The translations under genes and the position numbers were made by a program. A stretch of DNA of 42,616 bases from Chlamydiota bacterium (GTDB lineage Bacteria > Chlamydiota > Chlamydiia > Chlamydiales > SM23-39), in NCBI GenBank assembly GCA_038534095.1, contig JBCAXK010000009.1, positions 1 to 42,616 of the forward strand, read 5' to 3'. This document shows positions 18,304 to 28,290 of this stretch, piece after piece. The notes under the pieces are model-generated. The model was not told where the DNA came from. It made no database searches and saw nothing but the letters and a program-made list of their open reading frames with translations. Each line of letters starts with the position of its first letter. The first letter of the stretch is position 1.

Positions 18304-18448
18304 GTGACATGCCAAGAATATTTTCAAAGTAGGATACTTTGTGGAGGCAATACTTGCAACGAGTAAACGGCGGGCCTGAGCAAACAATAGAGCCTGCAGC
18401 ATTGCGCTTCCAACGCCATTTTTCAAGAGTCTTTAAAACACAAAATCC

Positions 18449-21328
18449 TCAATCACTAGAAGAGCTTTGAAGAAGAGTGAGGAGGTCTGCGTTCGACAAA
18501 GGATCATAGGCAAAGGGTCTTCCCAAAGCTCCTTGATAGGTCAAGCCGAGTCGTTTGGTATTTCCTCGGCTAAGCCAATCCTTAGTAAAGTGAGCGAACT
18601 CCTCATACGAGAGCATTTGTAGCGCTTCTTTTTTTTCTTCTTGGTAAAGAAAATTCTCTTTACGCCGAAAAGCCATATCGTAAAAAAGAGAAGTCTTTTT
18701 GGCTAAGTTTCTATGCGGTTTTTCTAGCTCTGCAACAAGACTATCTCGGATGCTTTCAAAACGTTTTTGTGGGAATTTTGAGGGAAACTCTTGCAGAAAG
18801 GTCTCAATGAAGAGCTCAAAACGGTAGAGAAGGTCCATCGCCGTATGACTGCTCGATTGCACAAGGAAGTTTTGGTACAAGTGATCTTCGATATCAGATG
18901 GAGAGGCAGAAGCGATGTAGGCCGTATTCTGCTCTGTTCTTAAGGTGTGGAAAAATCCCTCGTGCAGGGCTTTTGCTAAAATCGATTGAGAGGCTTTTTT
19001 CGGGCCACTACTTGGCCCTTGATCAATCGTGAGGATCACGCCTGTCCCATTTGAAAGAGCCTCTCTTTGAAGGTAATAGGGTCCTGCTTCTTCGGGAAGC
19101 GTAAGAGGAAGAAATTTGGGAAGGGATTCCTTAGGATAGACTTCAGGTTCGAGAAGAGAGGCTACGTCGATCCAGATAACCTCCGCCTCTTTTCTGCTGA
19201 GATTTCCGGATAAAAACCCTTCTACATAGGCCTTGTGAAAGAGCGTTTTTTGCCAGGAGATGAGATCTTCATAAGAGAGATTTTTCAAGGCGAGCGCTTT
19301 TTCTTGTTTTGTATGGTGATCTTGCCGAAGAAGACTCTGCAAAAGATCGATCCCTTGATGGATGGGCAAATCATGCTTGCTGTTGGAAAAATATTTTTGT
19401 AACGCCGTTTTCGCAAGCGTGAAATTTGCGTGGTCGATAGGAGAAGCAAGAAGAGTGCGTAAACACTCTTCAAGGAGGAGGGACGCTTTTTCCGAATACC
19501 CTTCCACCTGGATCTGCAAGGCCCCCTTTTTGTATCCAAAGTGGATGCTTAGCCCAGCGGCGGCAGCAGATAGGGTGGTTGGAGCCAACTTTTTTTCCAT
19601 GATTTCTAGATAAAGGTCCATGAAAAGAGCGCTTTGGATGCTTTTGTCGATCTTTGGGCTATGAATCTGCACGATGTGCATCACCTCGGGAGAAGAAAAT
19701 TCATGCCCTTGCATCAAAAACATTTTTCCCAAAGCGTTATCGATGAATTTTACCGGTTTTTGCAGCGCCTCTTCTTTAGGAACGATCGTGAGATTTTTCG
19801 GAAGATAGAGATTGGGGGTTGCAAGACGGATATCGGGGTGGGTAGGCGCATTTTTCCAAGCGAGCATTTCCCCTCGAGAAAGGGGAGCTTGTTCGTAGGA
19901 CACTCCCATCCAACGCTCCTTTTTCGTGTAGGGGAAGGGAGCATTTTTTTCTGCAGTGATCAAGACAAAATGGGCCCTTTCAGGAGTCAGTAGATCGAGG
20001 GCTTTAGCCACTTTTTTTGCGTCAAAAGATGAAGCGAGCAAAGTTTTTTTGGGATAGGTCGCAAGGTCTTCTTGCAAAAGATCTTGAGCATGTTGCATCA
20101 CAAATTGATAGGGCTTTTGTCGGACTTGGTAGGCGTAGGAAAGCTCTTGCATCGTGTTTCTTTCATGGAACAGATAGAGGGGAATCGAAGAGCGCTTTAA
20201 GCCATAAATGGCAGAGAATAGATGGGAAATCACGCTCTCTTTTTCTTGAACCCCCTTTTTTGTAAGAGCAAGGTCGATACAAAGTAGGGGATAAGCTCCT
20301 CCAAGGTGGGTCGTGTACATCTGCGCCGAGTCGATCAGTTCTTCTTTTTGTAACAGCTCTGAAACGCTCCACTTTTGTCCTCTTGAAAGAGCGTAGGTAA
20401 TCAGTTCTAAAGATTTGCTTTCATCGTCTAAAAATTCTTGGGGTAGCTCCCAACGGATTTTCAAAACATCTAAATCCTTTACAGGGTCAATATAGGTCAT
20501 GGAGGAAGAGTTTGCTTTCTCAAAAAGAGTCGGAAGGGGAGGAGAAGAGGGTTTAGAGCGTTTTGGGACGGAGCTGAATTTTTCGGTGATGAGCTCTTGT
20601 AACTCTGGAAGAGAGTTTGGAGCGTAGACCACAAGACACATTTCGCTTGCGCTGTAATGATCGGTGAACCAACGTTGCACCCGCTCAGCAGGGATTTTTC
20701 CCAGGGTTTTTGCGTTCCCTGTTGAGAATTTTCTATGAGGATGATCGGGATGACAAAGTTCTTTGAAGACCATATATTCACGCCGGAAGTCATTGACAAC
20801 GTTTTTCTCATGTTCTTGATCCACATTGAGCAGTTCGGCCGCAATACAAGAGGGGTCTAAACGGGGAGCGATAAAAAACTCAGAAAAGCGGTCAAGCCCT
20901 TCCGAAAAATGGTCCGCATCGATGGAAAACATGTAGAGCGTTTTTTCAGGCCAGGTGCACGCGTTGGCTGTCCCACTATGGTCGGATAAAAAATTCCAAA
21001 ACCCGTTGGTTTTAGGATACTTTTCTGTTCCCATAAACAGCATGTGTTCTAAGAGGTGAGCAAGACCTGGAAACTCTTCAGGATCTTGCCAAGAACCGGC
21101 GCGAACGCTGAGAGCGCAAGCGGCTTGTTCTGCATCTGGATCGGCTATGACATAGACATCCATCCCATTTGAGAGGCGGAACTTGCCCTGCTCCCAGTTT
21201 TGCAAAGAGGGGGTTTTGATGGTCAGACCTGAAATGTCTTTGATGGTTTCCAAGGTGGCATCTCCAAGTAAGCTACTCACGCTCAAAAGAGCGCTCCAAA
21301 ATACTAGTTTCATGGTTGGGTTCCTCAT
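18449..21328 (-). CDS. ptr: Insulinase-family (M16A) protease III / pitrilysin
   Basis: GLAHLLEHMLFMGTEKYP (HxxEH), N-terminal signal peptide, FFHTLRTEQ; follows plsB as in Chlamydia. Confidence 0.93.
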   Translation of the reverse strand: MRNPTMKLVFWSALLSVSSLLGDATLETIKDISGLTIKTPSLQNWEQGKFRLSNGMDVYVIADPDAEQAACALSVRAGSWQDPEEFPGLAHLLEHMLFMGTEKYPKTNGFWNFLSDHSGTANACTWPEKTLYMFSIDADHFSEGLDRFSEFFIAPRLDPSCIAAELLNVDQEHEKNVVNDFRREYMVFKELCHPDHPHRKFSTGNAKTLGKIPAERVQRWFTDHYSASEMCLVVYAPNSLPELQELITEKFSSVPKRSKPSSPPLPTLFEKANSSSMTYIDPVKDLDVLKIRWELPQEFLDDESKSLELITYALSRGQKWSVSELLQKEELIDSAQMYTTHLGGAYPLLCIDLALTKKGVQEKESVISHLFSAIYGLKRSSIPLYLFHERNTMQELSYAYQVRQKPYQFVMQHAQDLLQEDLATYPKKTLLASSFDAKKVAKALDLLTPERAHFVLITAEKNAPFPYTKKERWMGVSYEQAPLSRGEMLAWKNAPTHPDIRLATPNLYLPKNLTIVPKEEALQKPVKFIDNALGKMFLMQGHEFSSPEVMHIVQIHSPKIDKSIQSALFMDLYLEIMEKKLAPTTLSAAAAGLSIHFGYKKGALQIQVEGYSEKASLLLEECLRTLLASPIDHANFTLAKTALQKYFSNSKHDLPIHQGIDLLQSLLRQDHHTKQEKALALKNLSYEDLISWQKTLFHKAYVEGFLSGNLSRKEAEVIWIDVASLLEPEVYPKESLPKFLPLTLPEEAGPYYLQREALSNGTGVILTIDQGPSSGPKKASQSILAKALHEGFFHTLRTEQNTAYIASASPSDIEDHLYQNFLVQSSSHTAMDLLYRFELFIETFLQEFPSKFPQKRFESIRDSLVAELEKPHRNLAKKTSLFYDMAFRRKENFLYQEEKKEALQMLSYEEFAHFTKDWLSRGNTKRLGLTYQGALGRPFAYDPLSNADLLTLLQSSSSD

Positions 21329-21329
21329 T

Positions 21330-22343
21330 TCATAATTGTTGATAACCGTCTAACACGCAGGAATAAATCATCTCTTTTAGAAGACAACGTTGTTCTTTTT
21401 TGCTCAAGGTTTTTTTTGATAGAGGTTTTGATAGGTCCATTTCTTCTCCAAAGTAGACCCCAATAGGAACCCGTTTTAGCTCCCGTTTTTCCCCTATGGC
21501 GAGTTGAGGATCTTCTGGCGGGGGGGCCAAAGCGTATGTTTTTAGAGAAAGGGGGTAAAAATGGGTAGTTTTCGCAGAGCTCATGCCGATTAGGTGGAGA
21601 AGGGAGATGCTTTTTTCATCAAAAGGAGCCAGAGATACGGCGTTTTTCTGCAGTTTCCGGTCGCGCCCTCCACTGGGAGCTACGTAGACGCAGAGCCCCC
21701 CTTGATCAAGAGCTTTGCCTAAAAGGCGTAAGGTTTTTTTGTTGTGTTCTTGCTTTTCGGTTTTTTTCTCGGGAGGCGTTGCAATGTATTTTCTAGAGTA
21801 GATGCAAAATAGGGAGCAACCCATGCTAAAAGGAATTGCCATGGGATCCTTGAGCACCCGTTCGCCAGCAACAAATGTGATGTTTTTTGCAAGCCAAGGG
21901 TGGGACTTTTCTATCAGGACGGGGAGGATCTGCGCATCGAGCTCGGTTTGATGATTGGCAAAGAGCAGCACATTTTCCTTTTTTTTGAGCTGCTCTTCCA
22001 TCAGAGAAAGGGCGCTTGTTCCAAAGATGGTGGAGCGTTTTTCATCAATAAGAGGGCGAACAAAGTCTTTCCCAAAGGCTTCATAGTCATAAGGAGCGAT
22101 GACCTTTTGATGGTGGGGCAAGAATGTGAAAGGAGAGCGTAGCTCCTTTTCTACAAGGCGGGTTAGCTCTTTGAAACGCGCAAGCAGCGTTTCTTCTGGA
22201 TAAAATCCCTTTGCTGACTCCGAATAATCATCAAACGCTGCGCGCAAAGTATCCACGATGCTAGGAGTCAAAAAACCATTTTTCTTACAGGATGCAAGGA
22301 AATTGTGGTAACGTTCTTGCACCTTAGACTTCGATTCGTTCAT
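21330..22343 (-). CDS. plsB: Glycerol-3-phosphate acyltransferase, soluble plastid/chlamydial ATS1 type
   Basis: NHQTELD (HxxxxD), VAGERV..DP...PFSMG, YSRK, VAPSGGRDR, HFYPLSL.T. Confidence 0.92.
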   Translation of the reverse strand: MNESKSKVQERYHNFLASCKKNGFLTPSIVDTLRAAFDDYSESAKGFYPEETLLARFKELTRLVEKELRSPFTFLPHHQKVIAPYDYEAFGKDFVRPLIDEKRSTIFGTSALSLMEEQLKKKENVLLFANHQTELDAQILPVLIEKSHPWLAKNITFVAGERVLKDPMAIPFSMGCSLFCIYSRKYIATPPEKKTEKQEHNKKTLRLLGKALDQGGLCVYVAPSGGRDRKLQKNAVSLAPFDEKSISLLHLIGMSSAKTTHFYPLSLKTYALAPPPEDPQLAIGEKRELKRVPIGVYFGEEMDLSKPLSKKTLSKKEQRCLLKEMIYSCVLDGYQQL

Positions 22344-23868
22344 GATGGATTGTCGAGTAAAAGTAGTATTCGTTCATATGCAGGCGATCATCTATGCCAA
22401 ATTCGATATGGGCACTGGCTTTGCTGGCGAGCGTTTTCAAAAAAGTTTTGTCGGTGACTTCCAGGTAATTGTCAAAGTCGGGATGGGTAACCAGTCTGAG
22501 AGCAAAAGGATTTTTTGCATCAAGGAGTTTGCGTAGTGCCCGCTCGATTTCGACAGCAACCGTTTCATGATTTTTGACAAGGCCTGACCCAGAGCAGTAG
22601 GGACATTTTGTAAAAAGGGTTTGCAGCAGAGACTCCCGGTTTCTTGAGCGGGTCATTTCCACAAGACCAAATTCACTCATGCTCAAGATGGAGCATTTTG
22701 CCGTATCCTCTTTCATCATTTCTCGCAGTTTGTCAAGAACGCGCCGCTGGTTTTTTCGGACACGCATATCAATGAAGTCGCAAATGATGAGACCGCCAAT
22801 ATTTCGGATTCTCAGCTGCTTAGCAATCTCCTCAGCCGCCTCTAAATTGATGCGCACAAGGCTTTCTTCTACGTCTCCTTTGGACGACGATTCTAGGGAC
22901 CTTCCCGAGTTGACATCGACCGTATACATCGCTTCTGTCCGATCAAAATAGAGGTAGCCACCACAAGGTAGCCAGATTTTTCTTTTTGAGGCTTTACTGA
23001 TCTCTTTTTCTACAGAAAACCGCTCAAACATGGGCGTTTTATCCCGGTACATTTCTACTTTGAGAGGATGCTCTTTTTCATATTTTCTATAGATTTTTTT
23101 GCAACGCTGGTACGTAGCATAATCATCGATCAAAATGCGGTCATATTTCTTATCGATAGCGGTCACAACTGCTTTTTTTAGGAGATCGGTCTCCTCGTAC
23201 AAAAGGGAAGGCCCTGACGCTGCGTGGAAATTTTCAACAACTTGTTCCCAGGAGCGCAGAAGGTCGGTCGCCTCATCGATCAGCATGTCGGTTGTGGCAT
23301 TTTGGGAAGCGGTGCGGCAGATAAGCCCCATATCTTGCGGCATTTCAAACGACCGAATGAGCTTCTTAAGACGGTCACGAGCAAAACGATCTTCAATTTT
23401 TCTCGAAACGCCCCGATGTGTGCTATTCGGTAGAAGAACAAGATAACGACCTGCAATGGAGATGTTGGAGGTGAGCCTTGCCCCTTTGCTACCAATGGGC
23501 TCTTTGACCACTTGAACTAACACCGATTGTTCTGGCTTTAGCAGTTGGGTAATGTCTTCTTCCTTCGAAGAGGGGAGATCTGCCTTAGCGGGATCTTGAC
23601 CTAAGTCAAAATCCATATCGAACATTTCTTCAAATTTTTTCGTATTTTCTAAAATGTCACTAATGTGGATGAATCCATTTTCTTCTTCATGAATATCGAC
23701 AAAAGCAGATTGGATATTGTGGAGAAGGTTTTTTACTTTGCCTCGGTAGATATTTCCGGTCATTTGGCGTGATTTCTTACGTTCGACAATCAGGTCGTAG
23801 AGCTTACCATATTTTAAATAAGCAAGGCGGGTTTCTTTGGATTCAATATTGAGTAAAATTTCTTGCAT
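22324..23868 (-). CDS. Ribonuclease E/G
   Basis: GNIYRGKV, GFIHISD, VQVVKEPIGSKGARLT, VDVNSG, IAKQLRIRNIGGLIICDFIDM, CPYCSGSG; catalytic-domain-only length of 514 aa. Confidence 0.96.
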   Translation of the reverse strand: MQEILLNIESKETRLAYLKYGKLYDLIVERKKSRQMTGNIYRGKVKNLLHNIQSAFVDIHEEENGFIHISDILENTKKFEEMFDMDFDLGQDPAKADLPSSKEEDITQLLKPEQSVLVQVVKEPIGSKGARLTSNISIAGRYLVLLPNSTHRGVSRKIEDRFARDRLKKLIRSFEMPQDMGLICRTASQNATTDMLIDEATDLLRSWEQVVENFHAASGPSLLYEETDLLKKAVVTAIDKKYDRILIDDYATYQRCKKIYRKYEKEHPLKVEMYRDKTPMFERFSVEKEISKASKRKIWLPCGGYLYFDRTEAMYTVDVNSGRSLESSSKGDVEESLVRINLEAAEEIAKQLRIRNIGGLIICDFIDMRVRKNQRRVLDKLREMMKEDTAKCSILSMSEFGLVEMTRSRNRESLLQTLFTKCPYCSGSGLVKNHETVAVEIERALRKLLDAKNPFALRLVTHPDFDNYLEVTDKTFLKTLASKASAHIEFGIDDRLHMNEYYFYSTIHHERIEV

Positions 23869-24033
23869 GGAGCATCTCTTTATTAAGTTAATAGGCGAAG
23901 ATTTGCCATAGAGTCATAGGAGGTAATGCATACACATTGTAACGTTTTTTTTTTTCTTTTCCTAGGGAAATACCTAGGAAGTTTTCGGTTCGCCTGCCCA
24001 GAGTTTTCGTGAGTGAAGGCGCGTTTGTTTGGT

Positions 24034-25005
24034 TCAAAAGCATTCTGTAATTTTTCGGATCAGGTCGCTTTTGATGAGACGGAGAGCGTTTTTGATCGAA
24101 GCAAATACTTCCCCTATTTTCGTATTCCCGTGGCATTTAAGAATCAGCCCTTCGGTTCCCAGAAGAAGCGCACCTGGATGTGACTTGACAAAGGGAAAAT
24201 GGGCAGAGGTCTCTTCCTTGCAGAAGGTTCCACGTTGTTCTTGGAGTACATCGACTAGAGCTTCGGCGGTTTTTAAGAAAATATTGCCTGAAAATCCGTC
24301 GGTTACCACAAGGTCTGCTTCCCCCTCAAAAATGGCTTTCGGTTCGATATTGCCAAGAAAAGCAAATTGTTTTGGATGATTTTGTAACAGTTTGTAACAG
24401 TTTCGTAAAAAGGTTCCCCCTTTGCTTTCTTCCCTTCCTATATTGAGAAGCGCTAGTTTGGGATGAGGAACGCCTAACGCTTTTTGGTAAGCGGATCCCA
24501 TGATCGCAAATTGCAAAAGATGCTGCTCTCGCGCAGAAGCGCTAGCGCCCACATCCAACATCGCTGTGGGGCGTTTTTTTGTTGGGAGCAAAAGACAAAG
24601 AGCGGGCCTTAACACCTGATGGATCGTTGGAAGGAAGAGCTTTGCGCAAGAGAGGATCGCTCCTGTATTTGCGCACGAAATCAGCGCATCGATGGTTCCC
24701 GTTTTGAGGGCAAAAATCCCTCGACAAAGAGAGGAATTTTGTTTGCTACGGGCAGCTTTTGCTGGAGCGTCATTCATAGTGATCACGCTAAGACAGCTTT
24801 CGTAGGACGGAAGAAGATCTTCTGGGAGGAGGTGAAAAAACGCTTTCCGCTCTTTTTGAAAGCGCTTTTCTAAATCGGGAGATCCAAAAAAATGGACTCG
24901 AAAATCCCTTGTATGCTGCTTGGTAAAAGCAAGGGTCGAGAGCAAAAAATGTAAGGGATCCATTTCCGATCCCATGAGATCTATTCCGATGGTAGGTAGA
25001 GACAA
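24034..25005 (-). CDS. plsX: Phosphate acyltransferase PlsX
   Basis: IGIDLMGSE, SCANTGA, RPAL, LDVGA, LLNIGREESKG, VVTDGFSGNIFLKTAE, GALLLG..ILKCHG. Confidence 0.93.
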   Translation of the reverse strand: MSLPTIGIDLMGSEMDPLHFLLSTLAFTKQHTRDFRVHFFGSPDLEKRFQKERKAFFHLLPEDLLPSYESCLSVITMNDAPAKAARSKQNSSLCRGIFALKTGTIDALISCANTGAILSCAKLFLPTIHQVLRPALCLLLPTKKRPTAMLDVGASASAREQHLLQFAIMGSAYQKALGVPHPKLALLNIGREESKGGTFLRNCYKLLQNHPKQFAFLGNIEPKAIFEGEADLVVTDGFSGNIFLKTAEALVDVLQEQRGTFCKEETSAHFPFVKSHPGALLLGTEGLILKCHGNTKIGEVFASIKNALRLIKSDLIRKITECF

Positions 25006-25039
25006 AATGTCTGACCCCGAAGATCGTTACAAAGAGCGT

Positions 25040-25216
25040 TTAGGATGGCTGCGCAAACTGCTTTTGTCTGTAATAGCCGCAAGCGGGGCAGATCCTGTGG
25101 GATTGTATGCGCGCGCCACAATTTGAGCAGGCAGAAAGTTGGACCGGCTTTTTGGCGTGGTGGGATCGTCGGGAATTTTTCCTTGCATTGGAAGTTCTAT
25201 TTCTAGGTACGGCCAT
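25040..25216 (-). CDS. rpmF: 50S ribosomal protein L32 (zinc-binding form)
   Basis: Manual translation: MAVPRNRTSNARKNSRRSHHAKKPVQLSACSNCGARIQSHRICPACGYYRQKQFAQPS*. Not in the ORF track. Confidence 0.97.
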   Translation of the reverse strand: MAVPRNRTSNARKNSRRSHHAKKPVQLSACSNCGARIQSHRICPACGYYRQKQFAQPS

Positions 25217-25694
25217 AATTATCTCCTAAATCTTTCGGATCATCCAGACTAGCAAACGGGAAGTGGGGAGTATCTCCTCCAGGAGGATCCTCTTTTTTCA
25301 TAAATTTTTCTACAAACTTTCGGTTTTTACACCCTCCTGCGCACTCGGAAAATGGGGGAACTTCTAAAAGCAGCTCCTCTCGAAGAGCGTTTTGGAAATT
25401 GTACGTGGAGGAACACTCTTGCAAAGGCTTTGTCATGTAAAAATTTTTCATGGCGATTGGCACAAGGACCGTTTTATTACAAATGGAACAAGGGATTCCA
25501 ATCACAGTCGCTGCGCTTATATGCACAACCAAATGATCACTCGCAATATACGCTTCTCCCGAACAGTCGACAGGGGAAGTGAACTGGAGATCCCGATCGT
25601 TACAATCTAAAAAATCAGCGCTAACAGAAGAAGAAAAACGGTCTGTATGCCCATTTTTCAACCGATCAACATAAATGGTAAAAAAATCGCTCAT
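25203..25694 (-). CDS. DUF177/YceD family protein
   Basis: PCSICN, LREELLLEVP..ECAGGC, PFASL; directly upstream of rpmF; ATG at 25694. Confidence 0.88.
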   Translation of the reverse strand: MSDFFTIYVDRLKNGHTDRFSSSVSADFLDCNDRDLQFTSPVDCSGEAYIASDHLVVHISAATVIGIPCSICNKTVLVPIAMKNFYMTKPLQECSSTYNFQNALREELLLEVPPFSECAGGCKNRKFVEKFMKKEDPPGGDTPHFPFASLDDPKDLGDNYGRT

Positions 25695-25747
25695 GAATTC
25701 ATCTTTACAGCAGTAAAGCCACTTCAAACAGTTTACAAAAAAGGGGA

Positions 25748-26884
25748 TTAAACGCCAATCTCGAAAAGGATCGCCTCTTCAGCGGTTTTTCCCCGCTTTC
25801 CCAATCGATTTTGCAGTGTTTTCAAATTTTCTTTACAATCTTTGCGCCGCTCCTCATTGCTGAGCCAGTGTTTGGCCCAGTATTTGACCCGGGCAGGCGT
25901 GAGGTTAGGACCAAATAGCTCGGGGAAGATGGGCGCGTTCTCTAGGATATTGACGATGCAGTAAAAAGGGAGGTCAATGCGCAAACATTTCGCAGCAAAC
26001 AAATAATCTTTTGTAGGAATCGCAAAGGTTACTAACGTCGGAGTTCCAAATAGCGCAAGCTCCAAAGTGACCGTTCCCGAAGTGGCAATGGCCATATCGG
26101 CACTTTGCATCAAATCATGCCGCCTATCTCCGCGCACGATCTCAGCAGAAAAGTGGTTTTGTTCCATTATCGAGCGTAAAAGGGGCTCGTGCTCTTTTTT
26201 TGCGCAAGAGACGACGGGGGTTGCGCTCACTTCTTTTGCTGCAAGAATCTGTAGGGGAAAGTTTCTGTAAATCTCTTTTTTTCTGCTTCCTGGGAAAAGG
26301 GCTAACAGGGGTCCTTTTGCGTGTTTTTCCCAAGATCCCCCCTTTTTTTTACGGGACTCGTGGATAGAGATCTCCTCATAGGAAGGGTTCCCTACATAGC
26401 GCGCTTCTAAAGGAGAGTTTTGAAAAAGCGCTTCTTCAAAGGGGAAAATGGTCAATAAAAGATCTAAAGATTGTTCCATGAGGGGAATTCTTCCCTTTGA
26501 CCAGGCCCAAACCGAAGGGCAAATGTATTGAATGAGCTTTCCCTTGTACCCCTTCTTTCGCAGCGATCTTTGTAGACGGAGATTGAAACCAGGGTAATCG
26601 ATGAAGACCACACCTTTAGGGTTGAGCGCTAAGATTTTTTTGCGCAGAAAGAAAAACCAGTAAGCAATTTTTGGAAGGGAGGGGATGAGGTCAAAAAATC
26701 CCATCGTTTGTAGGCGCTCCATCGGGAAAATCAGCTCAATGCTTTCCTGCCTAAGAAAATCTCCCCCAACAGCTGCTATTTGGAGATCGGGACGGCGCTG
26801 TTGCAATTTTTGCGTGAGCTTTTGCCCGTGCGCATCACCGCTGGGTTCTCCTGTAACAACAATTAGATCAACGGTTTTTCCCAT
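25748..26884 (-). CDS. lpxB: Lipid-A-disaccharide synthase
   Basis: GEPSGDAHG, IDYPGFNLRL, YICPSVWAW, IFPFE, PGSRKKE, SGTVTLELA. ATG at 26884 overlaps the end of pcnB. Confidence 0.95.
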   Translation of the reverse strand: MGKTVDLIVVTGEPSGDAHGQKLTQKLQQRRPDLQIAAVGGDFLRQESIELIFPMERLQTMGFFDLIPSLPKIAYWFFFLRKKILALNPKGVVFIDYPGFNLRLQRSLRKKGYKGKLIQYICPSVWAWSKGRIPLMEQSLDLLLTIFPFEEALFQNSPLEARYVGNPSYEEISIHESRKKKGGSWEKHAKGPLLALFPGSRKKEIYRNFPLQILAAKEVSATPVVSCAKKEHEPLLRSIMEQNHFSAEIVRGDRRHDLMQSADMAIATSGTVTLELALFGTPTLVTFAIPTKDYLFAAKCLRIDLPFYCIVNILENAPIFPELFGPNLTPARVKYWAKHWLSNEERRKDCKENLKTLQNRLGKRGKTAEEAILFEIGV

Positions 26885-28073
26885 GGGCGGTTTTGCGTGG
26901 TTTGCGCAATCTTCGAGATAGGACACTTGAAGAGAGCTTTTTGATTTTTTGGTAAACGGCGCTTAGGTCTGGTTGTAACTTGGCGCGCATCTCTAAAAAC
27001 TTTAGAGCAGAGGGGAGGGCTTCATCAAAGGGGATGCGAAGGCGCCTACCTGGCCGATCTTGAATCGGAGTGAAGCGGCACTGGGAAGTCAATATATAGG
27101 TCATTGCTCCCTTCATTTTCCTCGGAATTTGAAAAAATGGGGAAAAAATTTGTTCGGTTGTCTTGCTAGCGATCGCCGCGATCTCATGAAGGGTGGGAGG
27201 AGATTCTTCCGATGCGTCTTGCACGTTATGCACAAAAAGAGGGTAAGAGAGGCAAGAGAGGAGCAGAGGTCTAGAAAGGTGCTCTCGAGCCGTTTCCTCG
27301 TCAGCAATTTGTAGAAAACAGAGGATATAGTCTAGGATTTTATCCTCAAGATCGGGTAGCAAGAGTTCAAGGAATCTGTATTTGGCAAGATTATGAATGA
27401 AGGGAGCGGCAAATCCCGACTCGAGCATCCGCAGAATCTCTTCAAAGATTCTTGCTTGAGAACTTTTGATGATGTTTTTTCTACAATCTTTTAAGGCTTG
27501 CATTGTCTTTTTTTCAACAGAGAGGTTGAAGCGGGCTTGAAATTTGAGCAGTCTTAGCATCCGGACAGGGTCTTGGCAGAAACGGGCATGGGGCGGCCCG
27601 ATTGTGCGCAAAATCCGTTTTTTTGCGTCACTGTACCCTCCCACATAATCGATGATGGTGTCTGTTTCTAAATCGTAAAACAGCCCATTGATCGTAAAAT
27701 CTCTGCGCAGGACATCATCTTTTTCCGTGCCGTAGTCGTTGTCTTGTAAAATTAAAGACGCGTTTTCTACGTCCCCTGTTCTAAAGGTTGCTACCTCCAA
27801 AATCTTTTTCCCAAAACGGACATGCGCTAAACGAAATCGTTTTCCAATCAGAATGCAATTGCGAAAAAGAGCTTTGATCTCTTCTGGTTTAGCGCTTGTA
27901 GAGATGTCGAAATCTTTTGGAGGTTTTCCCATCAAAGAATCGCGGATCCATCCGCCCACGATGTAAGCGGCAAATCCATTTTCGTGGAGCTTGCGCACCA
28001 GGAAGTAGGCATGCTTATCCACTTGTTCTGGAGAGATGAGGTGCTGTTCAATAGTGTAGTATTTTGGTTCCAA
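26868..28073 (-). CDS. pcnB: Poly(A) polymerase I
   Basis: VGGWIRD, KDFD, PAP-specific signature LIGKRFRLAHV, RRDFTINGL, DPVRMLR. Confidence 0.93.
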   Translation of the reverse strand: MEPKYYTIEQHLISPEQVDKHAYFLVRKLHENGFAAYIVGGWIRDSLMGKPPKDFDISTSAKPEEIKALFRNCILIGKRFRLAHVRFGKKILEVATFRTGDVENASLILQDNDYGTEKDDVLRRDFTINGLFYDLETDTIIDYVGGYSDAKKRILRTIGPPHARFCQDPVRMLRLLKFQARFNLSVEKKTMQALKDCRKNIIKSSQARIFEEILRMLESGFAAPFIHNLAKYRFLELLLPDLEDKILDYILCFLQIADEETAREHLSRPLLLSCLSYPLFVHNVQDASEESPPTLHEIAAIASKTTEQIFSPFFQIPRKMKGAMTYILTSQCRFTPIQDRPGRRLRIPFDEALPSALKFLEMRAKLQPDLSAVYQKIKKLSSSVLSRRLRKPRKTAHGKNR

Positions 28074-28254
28074 AACGGGAGAAAAAGAGGGTGAATGAAC
28101 TCCTATTATTCTTAACTTATCAGCTTCAAGGAAAATCTGTCAATGAATGTAAAAAACCAGTTTTTGATCCTTGGCAAAAAGGGCGCCTTTTCAAGAGTCT
28201 TTTTTGCTCAAAGATTTCCGGCAAAATTCCGTTGCTATTTTCAAAGAGAGAGCC

Positions 28255-28283
28255 TTGTCAATTACCAAAAAAGGGGGTAAGAT
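28255..28283 (+). promoter_or_regulatory. Putative sigma66/70 promoter of tyrP
   Basis: TTGTCA (28255-28260), 17-nt spacer, TAAGAT (28278-28283). Confidence 0.55.
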
Positions 28284-28290
28284 TTGCTAG

